Assembly (NCBI GenBank): GCA_036339395.1
Contig: JAYZBD010000099.1
Span: 1 to 59,245 of the forward strand
Reading direction: 5' to 3'
DNA length: 59,245 bases
From: Planctomycetota bacterium
GTDB lineage: Bacteria; Planctomycetota; Phycisphaerae; Phycisphaerales; SM1A02
Positions 37,368 to 49,803 of this stretch are shown piece after piece. Positions within the stretch are counted from its first letter, which is position 1; every line of letters starts with the position of its first letter. A model generated the notes under the pieces. The model was not told the DNA's origin. It saw only the letters and a list, made by a program, of their open reading frames with translations, and did no database searches. The position numbers were made by a program, and so were the translations under genes.

Positions 37368-38678
37368 TCAGCGTGCTTGAAGCAGTGCGGAGTAGCCACC
37401 GTCGTGATAGGAGGATGGAGGATCGCCGGGTTGACCAGCAGGGGGGACGAGGGATTCGTCGACCAATTTCCACCCATGCCACTTCTCCAACCAGCGAGGC
37501 ATCGACTGGTTCTCTTCGGGTTCGAGGCTGCAGGTGGTGTAGAGCACGTGTGCGCCGGGGGACAGGCAGGGGATGGAGTCCGCGACGATCTGCCTCTGGA
37601 TGCCCACGAGTTTCTCGAGTCCTGTGGATGAAAATCGAGATCGAGCCTCAGGCCTTCTTGCAAGAACACCTGTATTCGAGCAGGGCACATCAAGCACCAG
37701 GAGGTCGACTTTCTCATCAAGTTCCCTGAGAGCCCCGGGTTCGATGACCTCGATGCGATCGTGCTGTTCTCCAACACTGACCAGGTCGTTGAAACGAGAC
37801 TGGTTGACCTCCGTTGCAAGCACCCTGCTTCCGGGATGCAGTGATGCCAGTTGCAGTGTCTTTGTTCCCCGCCCTGCACAGTAGTCGAGAATCACACCGG
37901 GCTGAAGCCCGATCGTTCTCCTGCCCGCTTCCGAGGCTGCAGGATCCTGGATGACAGCCGATGCATGCCGGGCAAGAACGTCGGCAGGCGATTGGCCATC
38001 TGCAAGAACGTGGTATCCGACTTCATCGTGTGGAACGAGTCCAGGTTCCGTTGCAGCTCCATGCATGATGATCGGCGCTTCGCAGAGGCCGTGCAGTGCA
38101 AGTTTCGTTGCCTCCTGTTTCCCAACCGCAACGAACCATCTTCTCACGAGAAACTCGCAATGCCCCGCCTGCTGTGCGATGCGACGGACGTGATCTTCCG
38201 CGAAGACGTCTTCGGCCAACTGCCATCCCGATCCATTGGAAAGGAGGAGTTGGTCACGAGCCGTGCCATCAGCACGCTCAATTCGACTGCCTCGAAGATC
38301 GATGAGGCGACGGAGTACGGCATTGACCATGCCCGCAGTCCCGCGGTGATGCCCGTTTTGTTTCATCCATTCGACGGTGTCCGCGACGGCCGCGTGATCA
38401 GGAATCTTGTCCAGGAGGAAGAGCTGGGCAGTTCCTGCAAGCAGTCCGCCCTGTACCCTCGGATCAACGTTGTCCCAATGTCGATCAAGTACATGATCGA
38501 CGAGTGTCGTAAGCGTTGACCAGCGGACCATTGAAACCCGGACGATCGCCTCGGCAAGGCGCCTGTCCCGGTCATCAAGCCCCCGTGTATCAACAGGCCT
38601 GGGAAAGAGGTTGGGGTAGTCGCGAGCCGACTCACCCAGGAACCGACAGGCTGCATCACGCGGGCGAGGATCAGCCAT
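37368..38678 (-). CDS. rsmB: 16S rRNA (cytosine-C5)-methyltransferase, RsmB/Sun family
   Basis: NusB-like N-domain. ILDYCAGRGTKTLQLA, LLVLDVPCSNTGVLARRPEAR, LYTTCSLEPEENQ. Confidence 0.88.
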   Translation of the reverse strand: MADPRPRDAACRFLGESARDYPNLFPRPVDTRGLDDRDRRLAEAIVRVSMVRWSTLTTLVDHVLDRHWDNVDPRVQGGLLAGTAQLFLLDKIPDHAAVADTVEWMKQNGHHRGTAGMVNAVLRRLIDLRGSRIERADGTARDQLLLSNGSGWQLAEDVFAEDHVRRIAQQAGHCEFLVRRWFVAVGKQEATKLALHGLCEAPIIMHGAATEPGLVPHDEVGYHVLADGQSPADVLARHASAVIQDPAASEAGRRTIGLQPGVILDYCAGRGTKTLQLASLHPGSRVLATEVNQSRFNDLVSVGEQHDRIEVIEPGALRELDEKVDLLVLDVPCSNTGVLARRPEARSRFSSTGLEKLVGIQRQIVADSIPCLSPGAHVLYTTCSLEPEENQSMPRWLEKWHGWKLVDESLVPPAGQPGDPPSSYHDGGYSALLQAR

Positions 38679-39865
38679 CAGTTTCCAACTGCGGCCTTCA
38701 GGTCATCAACCCTGTCAGTCTTTTCCCAGGAGAAGGATCCTTCTCCTGCTTCCCCGGGGGCACGGCCGAAGTGACCATGGGCTGCGGTCGGGAGGTAGAT
38801 GGGTCGCAGGAGATCGAGCGTCGTGATGATCCCCTTCGGAGTGAGATCGAAGACCTGCGAAACGGCAGCAATGATCGCGGATTCGTCGACCGTCGCAGTT
38901 CCCTGGCAGTCGATATGCACCGAGGTCGGTTCCGGCACGCCGATGGCGTAGGACAACTGGACCTCGCACTCCGCGGCGAGCCCGGCAGCGACGATGTTCT
39001 TGGCTATGTAGCGAGCCATGTATGCAGCCGAGCGGTCGACCTTCGAGGGATCCTTGCCGGAAAAGGCGCCGCCTCCGTGACGGCCACGTCCGCCATAGGT
39101 GTCGACGATGATCTTCCGGCCGGTCAAACCACAGTCACCAAGAGGTCCACCGACCTCGAACTTGCCAGTTGGGTTGACATGGACGGTGATGTCATCTTCC
39201 CACCAGTCACCGAGCACCGGCTTGATGATGTGTTCGGTGACTGCTTCATGGAGGGCGGACTGGTTCTCGTTCCATTCAGGTCCATGCTGCGTCGAGAGAA
39301 CGACCGTATCGATCCGTGAAGGTCTTCCATCTGCGTAGAGCACGGTGACCTGGCTCTTGGCATCAGGGCGGAGATGCGGGATGGTGTCCGTGTTGCGGGT
39401 CTCTGCATGGCGGGCTACCAGCCGGTGGCTCAGGTCGATGGGCAGTGGCATCAATGAATCCGTTTCATTGCATGCGTAGCCGAACATGAGTCCCTGGTCT
39501 CCGGCACCCTGCTGGGCATGGAGCCCGTCTCCTTCATTGACCCCCTGGGCAATGTCCGGAGACTGCTTGTCGAGCGAGACAATGACTGCGCAGCTGTCTG
39601 CATCGAATCCCATGTTTGAATCGGTGTAGCCGATGGTCCGGACCGTGTCCCGGACGATCTTCGGAATATCGACGTATCCATCGCAGGTGATCTCACCTGC
39701 AACGATGGCCATGCCGGTCGTGACCATTGTTTCACAGGCGACCCGGGATGCCGGATCCTCCGCGAGCATCGCGTCCAGGATCGCATCGGAGATCTGGTCA
39801 GCCATCTTGTCGGGGTGGCCCATTGAGACTGATTCAGAGGTAAAAAGGTAATCGCTGGCAGACAT
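38678..39865 (-). CDS. metK: S-adenosylmethionine synthetase
   Basis: [58 protein letters not shown]. Confidence 0.97.
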   Translation of the reverse strand: MSASDYLFTSESVSMGHPDKMADQISDAILDAMLAEDPASRVACETMVTTGMAIVAGEITCDGYVDIPKIVRDTVRTIGYTDSNMGFDADSCAVIVSLDKQSPDIAQGVNEGDGLHAQQGAGDQGLMFGYACNETDSLMPLPIDLSHRLVARHAETRNTDTIPHLRPDAKSQVTVLYADGRPSRIDTVVLSTQHGPEWNENQSALHEAVTEHIIKPVLGDWWEDDITVHVNPTGKFEVGGPLGDCGLTGRKIIVDTYGGRGRHGGGAFSGKDPSKVDRSAAYMARYIAKNIVAAGLAAECEVQLSYAIGVPEPTSVHIDCQGTATVDESAIIAAVSQVFDLTPKGIITTLDLLRPIYLPTAAHGHFGRAPGEAGEGSFSWEKTDRVDDLKAAVGN

Positions 39866-40074
39866 GGTTGTACTCGATCAATGGGCCGTTGGCCGGGTCA
39901 GTAACAGGGTACTGCTGTAGATACGGCAGAAACGGGCATGGTAGCCGCCTCATGCGAGATCCTCAACACAACGGCAATGTTGAAAAATTCCCCAAGGCAC
40001 TTGCCTGCAGACCTTGCTGGGTGGAGGATGGTGGAGCGATACCAGCAGCAAGGAAATGCGACGTGGCTATTCAC

Positions 40075-40509
40075 ATGGAATTATCGAGGTTGTTCATCCG
40101 TGAAATGACGGATATGCAGATCATCGAGTTGAAGGAACTCGAGGGTGAACGGACGTTCCCCATCGTGATCGGTCTGCCCGAGGCATTTGCCATCGAACGA
40201 GGCCTCAAGGGCCTCGAGGTGCCACGGCCCCAGACGCACGATCTCCTCTCCTCCGTCATCAACCAACTCTCCGGGAAACTCAAGAGCATCCACATCCACG
40301 AACTCTTCGAGGGCACCTTCTATGCAATGCTCTGCATTGACCAGGATGGACGGGAAATCGAGATTGACTGCAGGCCCTCCGATGCCATTGCACTGAGTGT
40401 CAGTGAACAGGTGCCGATCCTTGTAAGCGAACAGGTGATCGAGACACTTGACAAGGAGGAGGCCGATTCTTCCGAGATCGATCCCGGCCCGACCTTCGAC
40501 TGGGAATGA
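40075..40509 (+). CDS. Bifunctional nuclease (DNase/RNase, DUF151) family protein
   Basis: FPIVIGLPEAFAIERGLKGLEVPRPQTHDLL...FYAMLCIDQDGREIEIDCRPSDAIALS. Confidence 0.8.
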   Translation: MELSRLFIREMTDMQIIELKELEGERTFPIVIGLPEAFAIERGLKGLEVPRPQTHDLLSSVINQLSGKLKSIHIHELFEGTFYAMLCIDQDGREIEIDCRPSDAIALSVSEQVPILVSEQVIETLDKEEADSSEIDPGPTFDWE

Positions 40510-41681
40510 GTCCATCCAGCATGAATGTTCCCCAACCACTCGAGATGCTCTCGAGCATCCCAGGCTCCGCATCTCCGGGTATCGGGGGATTGCTGCGTCA
40601 ACGAGTCGAGGACTTTCTCGTGTACGAGTTGCCGATGTACGAGCCTGGGGGAGAGGGGGAGCACCTCTACCTGCGGCTTCGGAAGAACGGCATGCCGCAC
40701 GACGACCTCCTGGGCCTGGTTGCCAGGACGTGTGAAGTATCACGAAAGTCGATCGGGTTTGCCGGCATGAAGGATGCCCGGGCCATCACCGAACAGACGA
40801 TCTCGGTACACCTGCCCGGGGGTGGTGAAGTGCGTTCATTTGGAGATGACCGAGTCGAGCTGATCTGGTCCGATTGGCACCGCAACAAGCTCAAGCGGGG
40901 GCATCTTGCAGGGAACCGGTTCATCATACGAATACGTGACGTCGATCCACTGAAGGTGACCCAGGCGTGGTCGACGCTCCAGTCACTTGCCCGGACCGGT
41001 GTTCCAAATGCATTCGGACCACAGCGATTCGGACGGCGTGGCAACAACCATCTGCTGGGGTTGTTCCTTTCAAAAGGGGACTTCGAAGGAGCCGCCGGGG
41101 TTCTCCTTGAAGAAGGGGCGACGGGCAGAGTTGAATCAAACGTTCGTGCAGCCATCGAACAAGGCAAGGATGCGCGAAGTGCGATCGGGCTCGTTCCGGG
41201 GCATGTCAGGCGACTCTGGAATGATGCGATGCAGTCGGCGATCTTCAATGCCCTGTTGCATCACAGGCTTGGATCGGAAACATGGAATGTCCTTCTGCCC
41301 GATGATCTGGCCTATTCGCATCGCACACGTCGGACGTTCATGGTGAAGTCGGAGGACCTTGTGGATCCATCGACCATGGAACGTGTTTCGAGCCACGAGC
41401 TTGTTCCAACAGGCCCGATGTGGGGTCGTTCCATGCGTACGCCGGGTGAAACCGTGAAAACCCTCGAGGAACGAGTGGCAAACGAAATCGACCCATCACT
41501 GCCAGCCAGCCTCCAAGAGCCGGGGGCAGCGCCAGGTGCCCGGCGTCCACTCGTGTCCCCATTGGGCAATCCCCATTCGGAATCGGGAGTCGATGAACAT
41601 GGTTCGTACATCCAGGTTTCGTTTGAACTTCCGCCCGGGGCCTACGCCACGACGGTCATGCACGCCATCATGGGCTTCTGA
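40506..41681 (+). CDS. truD: tRNA pseudouridine(13) synthase
   Basis: VEDFLVYELP...GEGEHLYLRLRKNGM...IGFAGMKDARAITEQ...VPNAFGPQRFG. ATGA overlap with the nuclease gene. Confidence 0.9.
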   Translation: MSPSSMNVPQPLEMLSSIPGSASPGIGGLLRQRVEDFLVYELPMYEPGGEGEHLYLRLRKNGMPHDDLLGLVARTCEVSRKSIGFAGMKDARAITEQTISVHLPGGGEVRSFGDDRVELIWSDWHRNKLKRGHLAGNRFIIRIRDVDPLKVTQAWSTLQSLARTGVPNAFGPQRFGRRGNNHLLGLFLSKGDFEGAAGVLLEEGATGRVESNVRAAIEQGKDARSAIGLVPGHVRRLWNDAMQSAIFNALLHHRLGSETWNVLLPDDLAYSHRTRRTFMVKSEDLVDPSTMERVSSHELVPTGPMWGRSMRTPGETVKTLEERVANEIDPSLPASLQEPGAAPGARRPLVSPLGNPHSESGVDEHGSYIQVSFELPPGAYATTVMHAIMGF

Positions 41682-42149
41682 TCAACTGCTTCGCCTGGCC
41701 TGGAAGAACGTCGAGAGCAGTGACGCACATTCAGTCTCCAGGACTCCGCCGATCGTCTCGACGCAGTGATTGAGGCGTTCATCCTCCGTAATCACGTAGA
41801 GAGAGGCGCATGCTCCGGCTTTCTCATCCCATGCTCCGAAGACCAGGCGACCGAGCCTGGCATTGACAAGGGCCCCGGCGCACATCGGGCATGGCTCGAG
41901 GGTGACGGCCATCGAGCAGTCAGCCAGTCGCCACGAGGATCGATCCAGCCCTGCAGCCCGGAGTGCCACGATTTCAGCGTGTCCTGTCGGATCTGAATCC
42001 TCTTCCCTGCGATTGCAACCTTCTGCGACGATCTCCTCGTCGTCATAGATGACTGCTCCCACCGGGATCTCACCACGTTCGGCTGCTTCACCAGCCAAGT
42101 CGATGGCTCGCTGCATCATCTCGAAGTCTCGTGGTGTCGGGCTTGTCAT
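41682..42149 (-). CDS. tadA: tRNA adenosine(34) deaminase
   Basis: HAEIVALRAAG and TLEPCPMCAGAL zinc motifs. 155 aa. Confidence 0.92.
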   Translation of the reverse strand: MTSPTPRDFEMMQRAIDLAGEAAERGEIPVGAVIYDDEEIVAEGCNRREEDSDPTGHAEIVALRAAGLDRSSWRLADCSMAVTLEPCPMCAGALVNARLGRLVFGAWDEKAGACASLYVITEDERLNHCVETIGGVLETECASLLSTFFQARRSS

Positions 42150-43120
42150 GCGTCATCCGTGCCAGCCAGGCGTGAAGCCGGAACGACCTGAAGGAGTACT
42201 ATTCCAAATTCGTAGAGCAGGTAGAGGGGGACAAGCATGAGGATCATCGAGACGACGTCGGCTGGAGTCGTTACCGCGGCAAGGACGCCGCAGATCAGCA
42301 GTGCCCATCTTCGCTTGGTCTTGAGCATTGGAACATCGACGATGTTCATCCAACCGAGCAGGAGAATGGCCAACGGCATCTGGAATGCAACCGCGATGCC
42401 AAGAAGCAGGACCAGGACGAAGTTGACGTAGCTGGTCAGGCGGAAGACCTGCCAGATGGCGCTGTTTCCTTCCATTGGAAGTTGCAGTATGCGGAGCACT
42501 CCATCGCTCTCGGGAACAGCAACCTGGAGAAGTCCCTGTGGCATGAGAATCCACGCATCACCCGCAGCGGCTGCAGTTGGCAGTGCTTCGAGCAGGGGCA
42601 GTGATCCCAGGCCGGTCCCCGAGGGATTCCCACTGGATTCGAGTGTCATGGCAGACACCGGCAGTGAGCCACCTATGGTCATGAGGACTTCCAGCATCAG
42701 CGGAAGCATGAAGAAGTACATGAGGCAGATCCCTGCCGTGATGAGGATGGCACTGCCGGGTATCAGGAAATACACGTAGCGTCGTTCACGCGGGTAGAGG
42801 CCGGGTCCGATGAAGAGCCAGAGTTGCCAGAGCAGCCAGGGAAGACTGACGACGACGGCGGCGATGATCGAGACCTTGATCTTGAGAATGAGAAATTCCG
42901 GTGGGCTGAGCACCTGGAGTTGTCGAGGGAAGCCATGCGCTTCCTGGACGTTCTGCAGGGGAAACAGGAGCCATTCCAGCAGTGCATCTCCGAAGATGAA
43001 CATCAGGAATGCAATCGGGATCGGTGCAGCAAGCCCGAAAATGACACGTCGACGCAGTTCCTCGAGGTGATCCCCGAAGGACATGCGGAAGAGATCCGGG
43101 TTGGGAGGCATGGTCGCCAT
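42146..43120 (-). CDS. tatC: Twin-arginine translocase subunit TatC (with an enlarged loop)
   Basis: FGDHLEELRRRVIFGL, six TM segments, TPADVVSM near the C-terminus. 324 aa versus ~250 typical. Confidence 0.9.
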   Translation of the reverse strand: MATMPPNPDLFRMSFGDHLEELRRRVIFGLAAPIPIAFLMFIFGDALLEWLLFPLQNVQEAHGFPRQLQVLSPPEFLILKIKVSIIAAVVVSLPWLLWQLWLFIGPGLYPRERRYVYFLIPGSAILITAGICLMYFFMLPLMLEVLMTIGGSLPVSAMTLESSGNPSGTGLGSLPLLEALPTAAAAGDAWILMPQGLLQVAVPESDGVLRILQLPMEGNSAIWQVFRLTSYVNFVLVLLLGIAVAFQMPLAILLLGWMNIVDVPMLKTKRRWALLICGVLAAVTTPADVVSMILMLVPLYLLYEFGIVLLQVVPASRLAGTDDA

Positions 43121-43170
43121 GGAGGTAGGCCTGCTTCTTGATCGAACAGGGTAGTAGAATGAGAGCCTTC

Positions 43171-44075
43171 ATGGCCAAGGGAAAGGACTACTACGACGTA
43201 CTGGGTGTTCCTCGCACGGCATCAACGGATGAAATCCGGGGTGCCTGGCGGACATTGGTTCGCCAGTATCACCCGGATGTCTCGGATGAGCCGGATGCGG
43301 AGGACCGCTTCAACGAGGTCCAGGAAGCGTATGACGTGCTGTCCGATGATGAGAAAAGAGCCAGCTACGATCGATTCGGACATGTCGAGGGAGCCGGCTG
43401 GGGCGGGGCAGGCGGGGCGTCCGTCGACCCGAGTCGCTACGAGGACATCTTCTCGGAGGTCTTCGGAACCGGTGGTGCAGGCTTCGGTGGATTCAGATCC
43501 GGGGCTGCTGCTCGTCAAGGTCCACGGGCTGGCCAGGATATCCGGATGGATCTTTCGGTGACATTCGTGACGGCGGCGAAGGGTGGAACGGAACAGGTCC
43601 GGTTGCAGGATGGGACATCGTTCGAAGTGAAGATTCCTCCAGGCATCGATGATGGCGGAACGCTGCGACTGAAGGGGCGTGGTCGGCCGGGAATGGATGG
43701 AGGAGAAGCAGGCGACCTGCTGCTGCAGGTACGTGTCGGAAACCACCCGGCGCTTCGTCGACTTGGGCGTGACCTGTACATGGATGTTCCGGTGACGATC
43801 GCGGAAGCAGCCCTTGGTACACGGGTCAGGGTGAGTTTGCTGGATGGCTCCCTCGACCTGAAGGTTCCTCCGGGAACAGGCAGTGGGCGCAAGTTGCGTG
43901 TGCAGGATCACGGCATCGAAGACGCCGATGGTCAACGCGGTGATTTCTTCGCCGTGATCAGGATCGCTGCACCCGAGTCGATGTCCGATCATGCCCGTGA
44001 ACTTCTTTCGCAGCTCGAACAGGAGTTGCCTGATCCACGCAGCGATGCCCCGGGCGTCGAGAGCATCGAGCCCTG

Positions 44076-44076
<1 letters not shown>
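43171..44076 (+). CDS. J-domain co-chaperone, CbpA-like (no zinc-finger domain)
   Basis: [34 protein letters not shown] (HPD). Gly-rich linker and two beta-sandwich C-terminal domains. No CxxCxGxG repeats. Confidence 0.85.
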
Positions 44077-47355
<3,279 letters not shown>

Positions 47356-47549
47356 TCAAGCCGTCTCGAGACCGCCTCGAAACTGCCTTGAAACAGGGTG
47401 TTTACAGGCCATTGGTGGAAGCATTTCGGGGCATCGATCGGGGCATGGGAATCGTGCCTTCTTTTCCCTTCGTGGTCCCGACAAGAGTCAATCCGGGGAT
47501 ACTGATGGAGGAGCCCACTGGGGGTCGATAGTGTGAGTCTGGACAGCCC

Positions 47550-48308
47550 TTGGCTGCAACCCTGGAGAACGAAGTGAGCAGCCAAGAACACATCGAACAT
47601 GTCCCGGGAGATGTGTTCGAGGACGGACACGTTCCACTCTTCACCGCAACACGTCGAACCTTCATCCTCGGTTCGATGGCCTTTCTTGCAGGCTGTGCAT
47701 CGACGGGATCAACCGATGGTCTTCCTTCCATGATCTGGTCGGAACCGGTAACCCCCTCGAAACCGGTCTCCCCCTCGCTGGCTGTTCCCAGCAACCTGGA
47801 CGTGATTTCCAGGTCGACCTGGGCGCGTGGCATGCCGATCCCGGGAAACATGAATCGGATGACACCGGTTCAGCGCATCACCATTCACCACGATGGCATG
47901 ACTGCATTCACCACGACATCACGGTCGAGTGCTGCTGCCCGCCTTGAACGGATTCGCCGAGGACACCTGGCACGTGGACCTCAACGCTGGGGAGACATCG
48001 GCTATCACTATGCAATCGACCCCTCGGGTCGAACATGGGAATGCAGGCCGCTGTCGTGGCAGGGTGCACACGTGAAGAACCAGAACCCCGGGAACCTGGG
48101 CATTCTCGTCATGGGCAACTACGACGACCAGTCATTGACGCTGGTACAGAAGCGGGCCGTGCTCCAGTTCGTCTCGGGCCGTATGCGGGCGTATGGCGTT
48201 CCTGCTTCAAGGTTGCATACCCACCAGGAACTCGCTCCCACGGCCTGCCCGGGGCGGAGTCTCCAGGCGTTCATGGTGTCTGCTCGTTCCAACAGACAAT
48301 TCGGGTAG
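47550..48308 (+). CDS. N-acetylmuramoyl-L-alanine amidase (Amidase_2 / PGRP-like), probable Tat-exported lipoprotein
   Basis: TRRTFILGSMAFLAGCAS (twin-Arg plus lipobox). ITIHHDGM...GDIGYHYAIDPSGRTWECR...GAHVKNQNPGNLGILVMGNY. Non-ATG start (TTG 47550 or GTG 47571). Ends in TAG. Confidence 0.78.
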   Translation: MAATLENEVSSQEHIEHVPGDVFEDGHVPLFTATRRTFILGSMAFLAGCASTGSTDGLPSMIWSEPVTPSKPVSPSLAVPSNLDVISRSTWARGMPIPGNMNRMTPVQRITIHHDGMTAFTTTSRSSAAARLERIRRGHLARGPQRWGDIGYHYAIDPSGRTWECRPLSWQGAHVKNQNPGNLGILVMGNYDDQSLTLVQKRAVLQFVSGRMRAYGVPASRLHTHQELAPTACPGRSLQAFMVSARSNRQFG

Positions 48309-48357
48309 AACCCGGGTCCAGATCCCATCGGCGTGCTAGGCTGTGAGCTGGTGTGCC

Positions 48358-49047
48358 ATGACCTCGATCCGTGTCAATTTCAAGCATCGTTTCCCCGTCT
48401 TTCCACTGCCCGGTGCCGTGCTCCTGCCGCACGCAGTGCAACCGATGCATGTCACGGAACCGAGGTACCGCTCGATGATCGACGCCGCCCTCGATGGTTC
48501 AGGCCAGATCGCCGTCGCCATGCACGAAGGTCCGGTTGATGAAGAGCAGCCGGTGACGGCCGTCCGCCCCGCGGTCTGCCTCGGGCAGGTCGCACACCAT
48601 GAATCGGTTCCCGGGGGATACGAGGTCCTGCTTCATGGAGTCTGCAGGGCAACGATCATGGAAGTCTTCGATCCGACTGAAGAGCGACCCTGGTGTGACG
48701 CGAAGCTTCGACCACTGGAGACGCTCGACGAGGAACCTCCCTCGATGATCGAAGTTCGTGATGAACTGCATTCACTCCTGGTCAGCAACCACCTGAGTTC
48801 AATGAGACCGGTCGAGAGCATCATCCAGTGGTTTGAACGCGAGGACGTGAGTACGCACGCCCTGCTCGAACTCATCGGGAGCACGCTCGTTCATGATGAG
48901 GAACTCCGGTACCAGTTGCTCGCCGAACCGGCCATGGGGCGTCGATCCGATCTCATCAGGGTGGAACTGATTCGTCTCGACACGATGCTTGGCAAGGCGG
49001 CAGCCCAGAAACGAGATGACCTGGAACGGGGCATGACCCCGAACTGA
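48358..49047 (+). CDS. LON N-terminal (substrate-binding, PUA-like) domain protein
   Basis: FPVFPLPGAVLLPHAVQPMHVTEPRYRSMI is the LON_substr_bdg signature. No ATPase or protease domain. Confidence 0.8.
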   Translation: MTSIRVNFKHRFPVFPLPGAVLLPHAVQPMHVTEPRYRSMIDAALDGSGQIAVAMHEGPVDEEQPVTAVRPAVCLGQVAHHESVPGGYEVLLHGVCRATIMEVFDPTEERPWCDAKLRPLETLDEEPPSMIEVRDELHSLLVSNHLSSMRPVESIIQWFEREDVSTHALLELIGSTLVHDEELRYQLLAEPAMGRRSDLIRVELIRLDTMLGKAAAQKRDDLERGMTPN

Positions 49048-49065
49048 CCTCCGCATGGTTCCAGC

Positions 49066-49803
49066 ATGAAAATGTCGATGGCAATTCTTGAAGCAGACAC
49101 CATCGCCTGCACGAAATGTCCTGCCCTGCGAGACTATTGTGCAGGTGTCGGTCGTACTCGTCGGCGTGCCTATGCAGACTGGGACTACTGGTCCCGCCCC
49201 GTTCCGGGATTCGGCGATCCGGGGGCCGGGGTCCTTCTTGTCGGGCTTGCTCCCGGGGCACATGGGGCGAATCGAACAGGTCGCATGTTCACCGGTGATC
49301 GCTCAGGCGACTTTCTCTTTGCTGCCCTGCATCGGGCCGGATATGCCAGCCAGGCCGAATCCTCCTCGAAAGAAGATGGCTTGAGGCTCGATGGAATCTG
49401 GATCGGTGCCGCCTGTCGTTGTGCACCACCATCGAACAAGCCGACTTCAAAGCAGTTGGCTGCCTGTCGACCCTGGCTTGGCGGGGAAATGGAGTTGCTC
49501 CAGCCCCGCGTGATCCTGGCCCTTGGAGGCATCGCCTGGGCGGCCTGCCTCCGGACCCTTGTCGACCTGGGCGAGCCTGTTCCACGGCCTCGTCCGCGAT
49601 TCGGCCATGGTGTCGAGTGCAGGATCGGTGAGCGTGTGCTCCTGGGTTCCTACCATGTCAGCCAGTTGAATACCTTTACTGGCCGGCTGACTCCAGGCAT
49701 GTTCGACGAGATTCTCCAGCGTGTTCGTTCGCTCTCGGAAACGGGGGCAGACGTCCCGCGATCATCGAGCCTTCCAGGAAAGGCATCCGCATGCGGACGC
49801 TGA
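49066..49803 (+). CDS. Uracil-DNA glycosylase superfamily protein, family 5 (UDGb)-like with Fe-S cysteines
   Basis: CTKCPALRDYC and VGLAPGAHGANRTGRMFTGDRSGDFL (GLAPxxHG rather than the family-4 GExPG). Confidence 0.82.
   Translation: MKMSMAILEADTIACTKCPALRDYCAGVGRTRRRAYADWDYWSRPVPGFGDPGAGVLLVGLAPGAHGANRTGRMFTGDRSGDFLFAALHRAGYASQAESSSKEDGLRLDGIWIGAACRCAPPSNKPTSKQLAACRPWLGGEMELLQPRVILALGGIAWAACLRTLVDLGEPVPRPRPRFGHGVECRIGERVLLGSYHVSQLNTFTGRLTPGMFDEILQRVRSLSETGADVPRSSSLPGKASACGR

Noticed and set aside
39866-40074. Possible SAM riboswitch in the metK 5' leader.
   Set aside because: I reverse-complemented and read the leader. I could not find the SAM-I (GAGGGA...GGCAACC...AGAGA), SAM-II or SAM-IV core motifs. 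The 209-nt gap is also shared with a divergent promoter. It is worth an Infernal scan, but there is no positive evidence.
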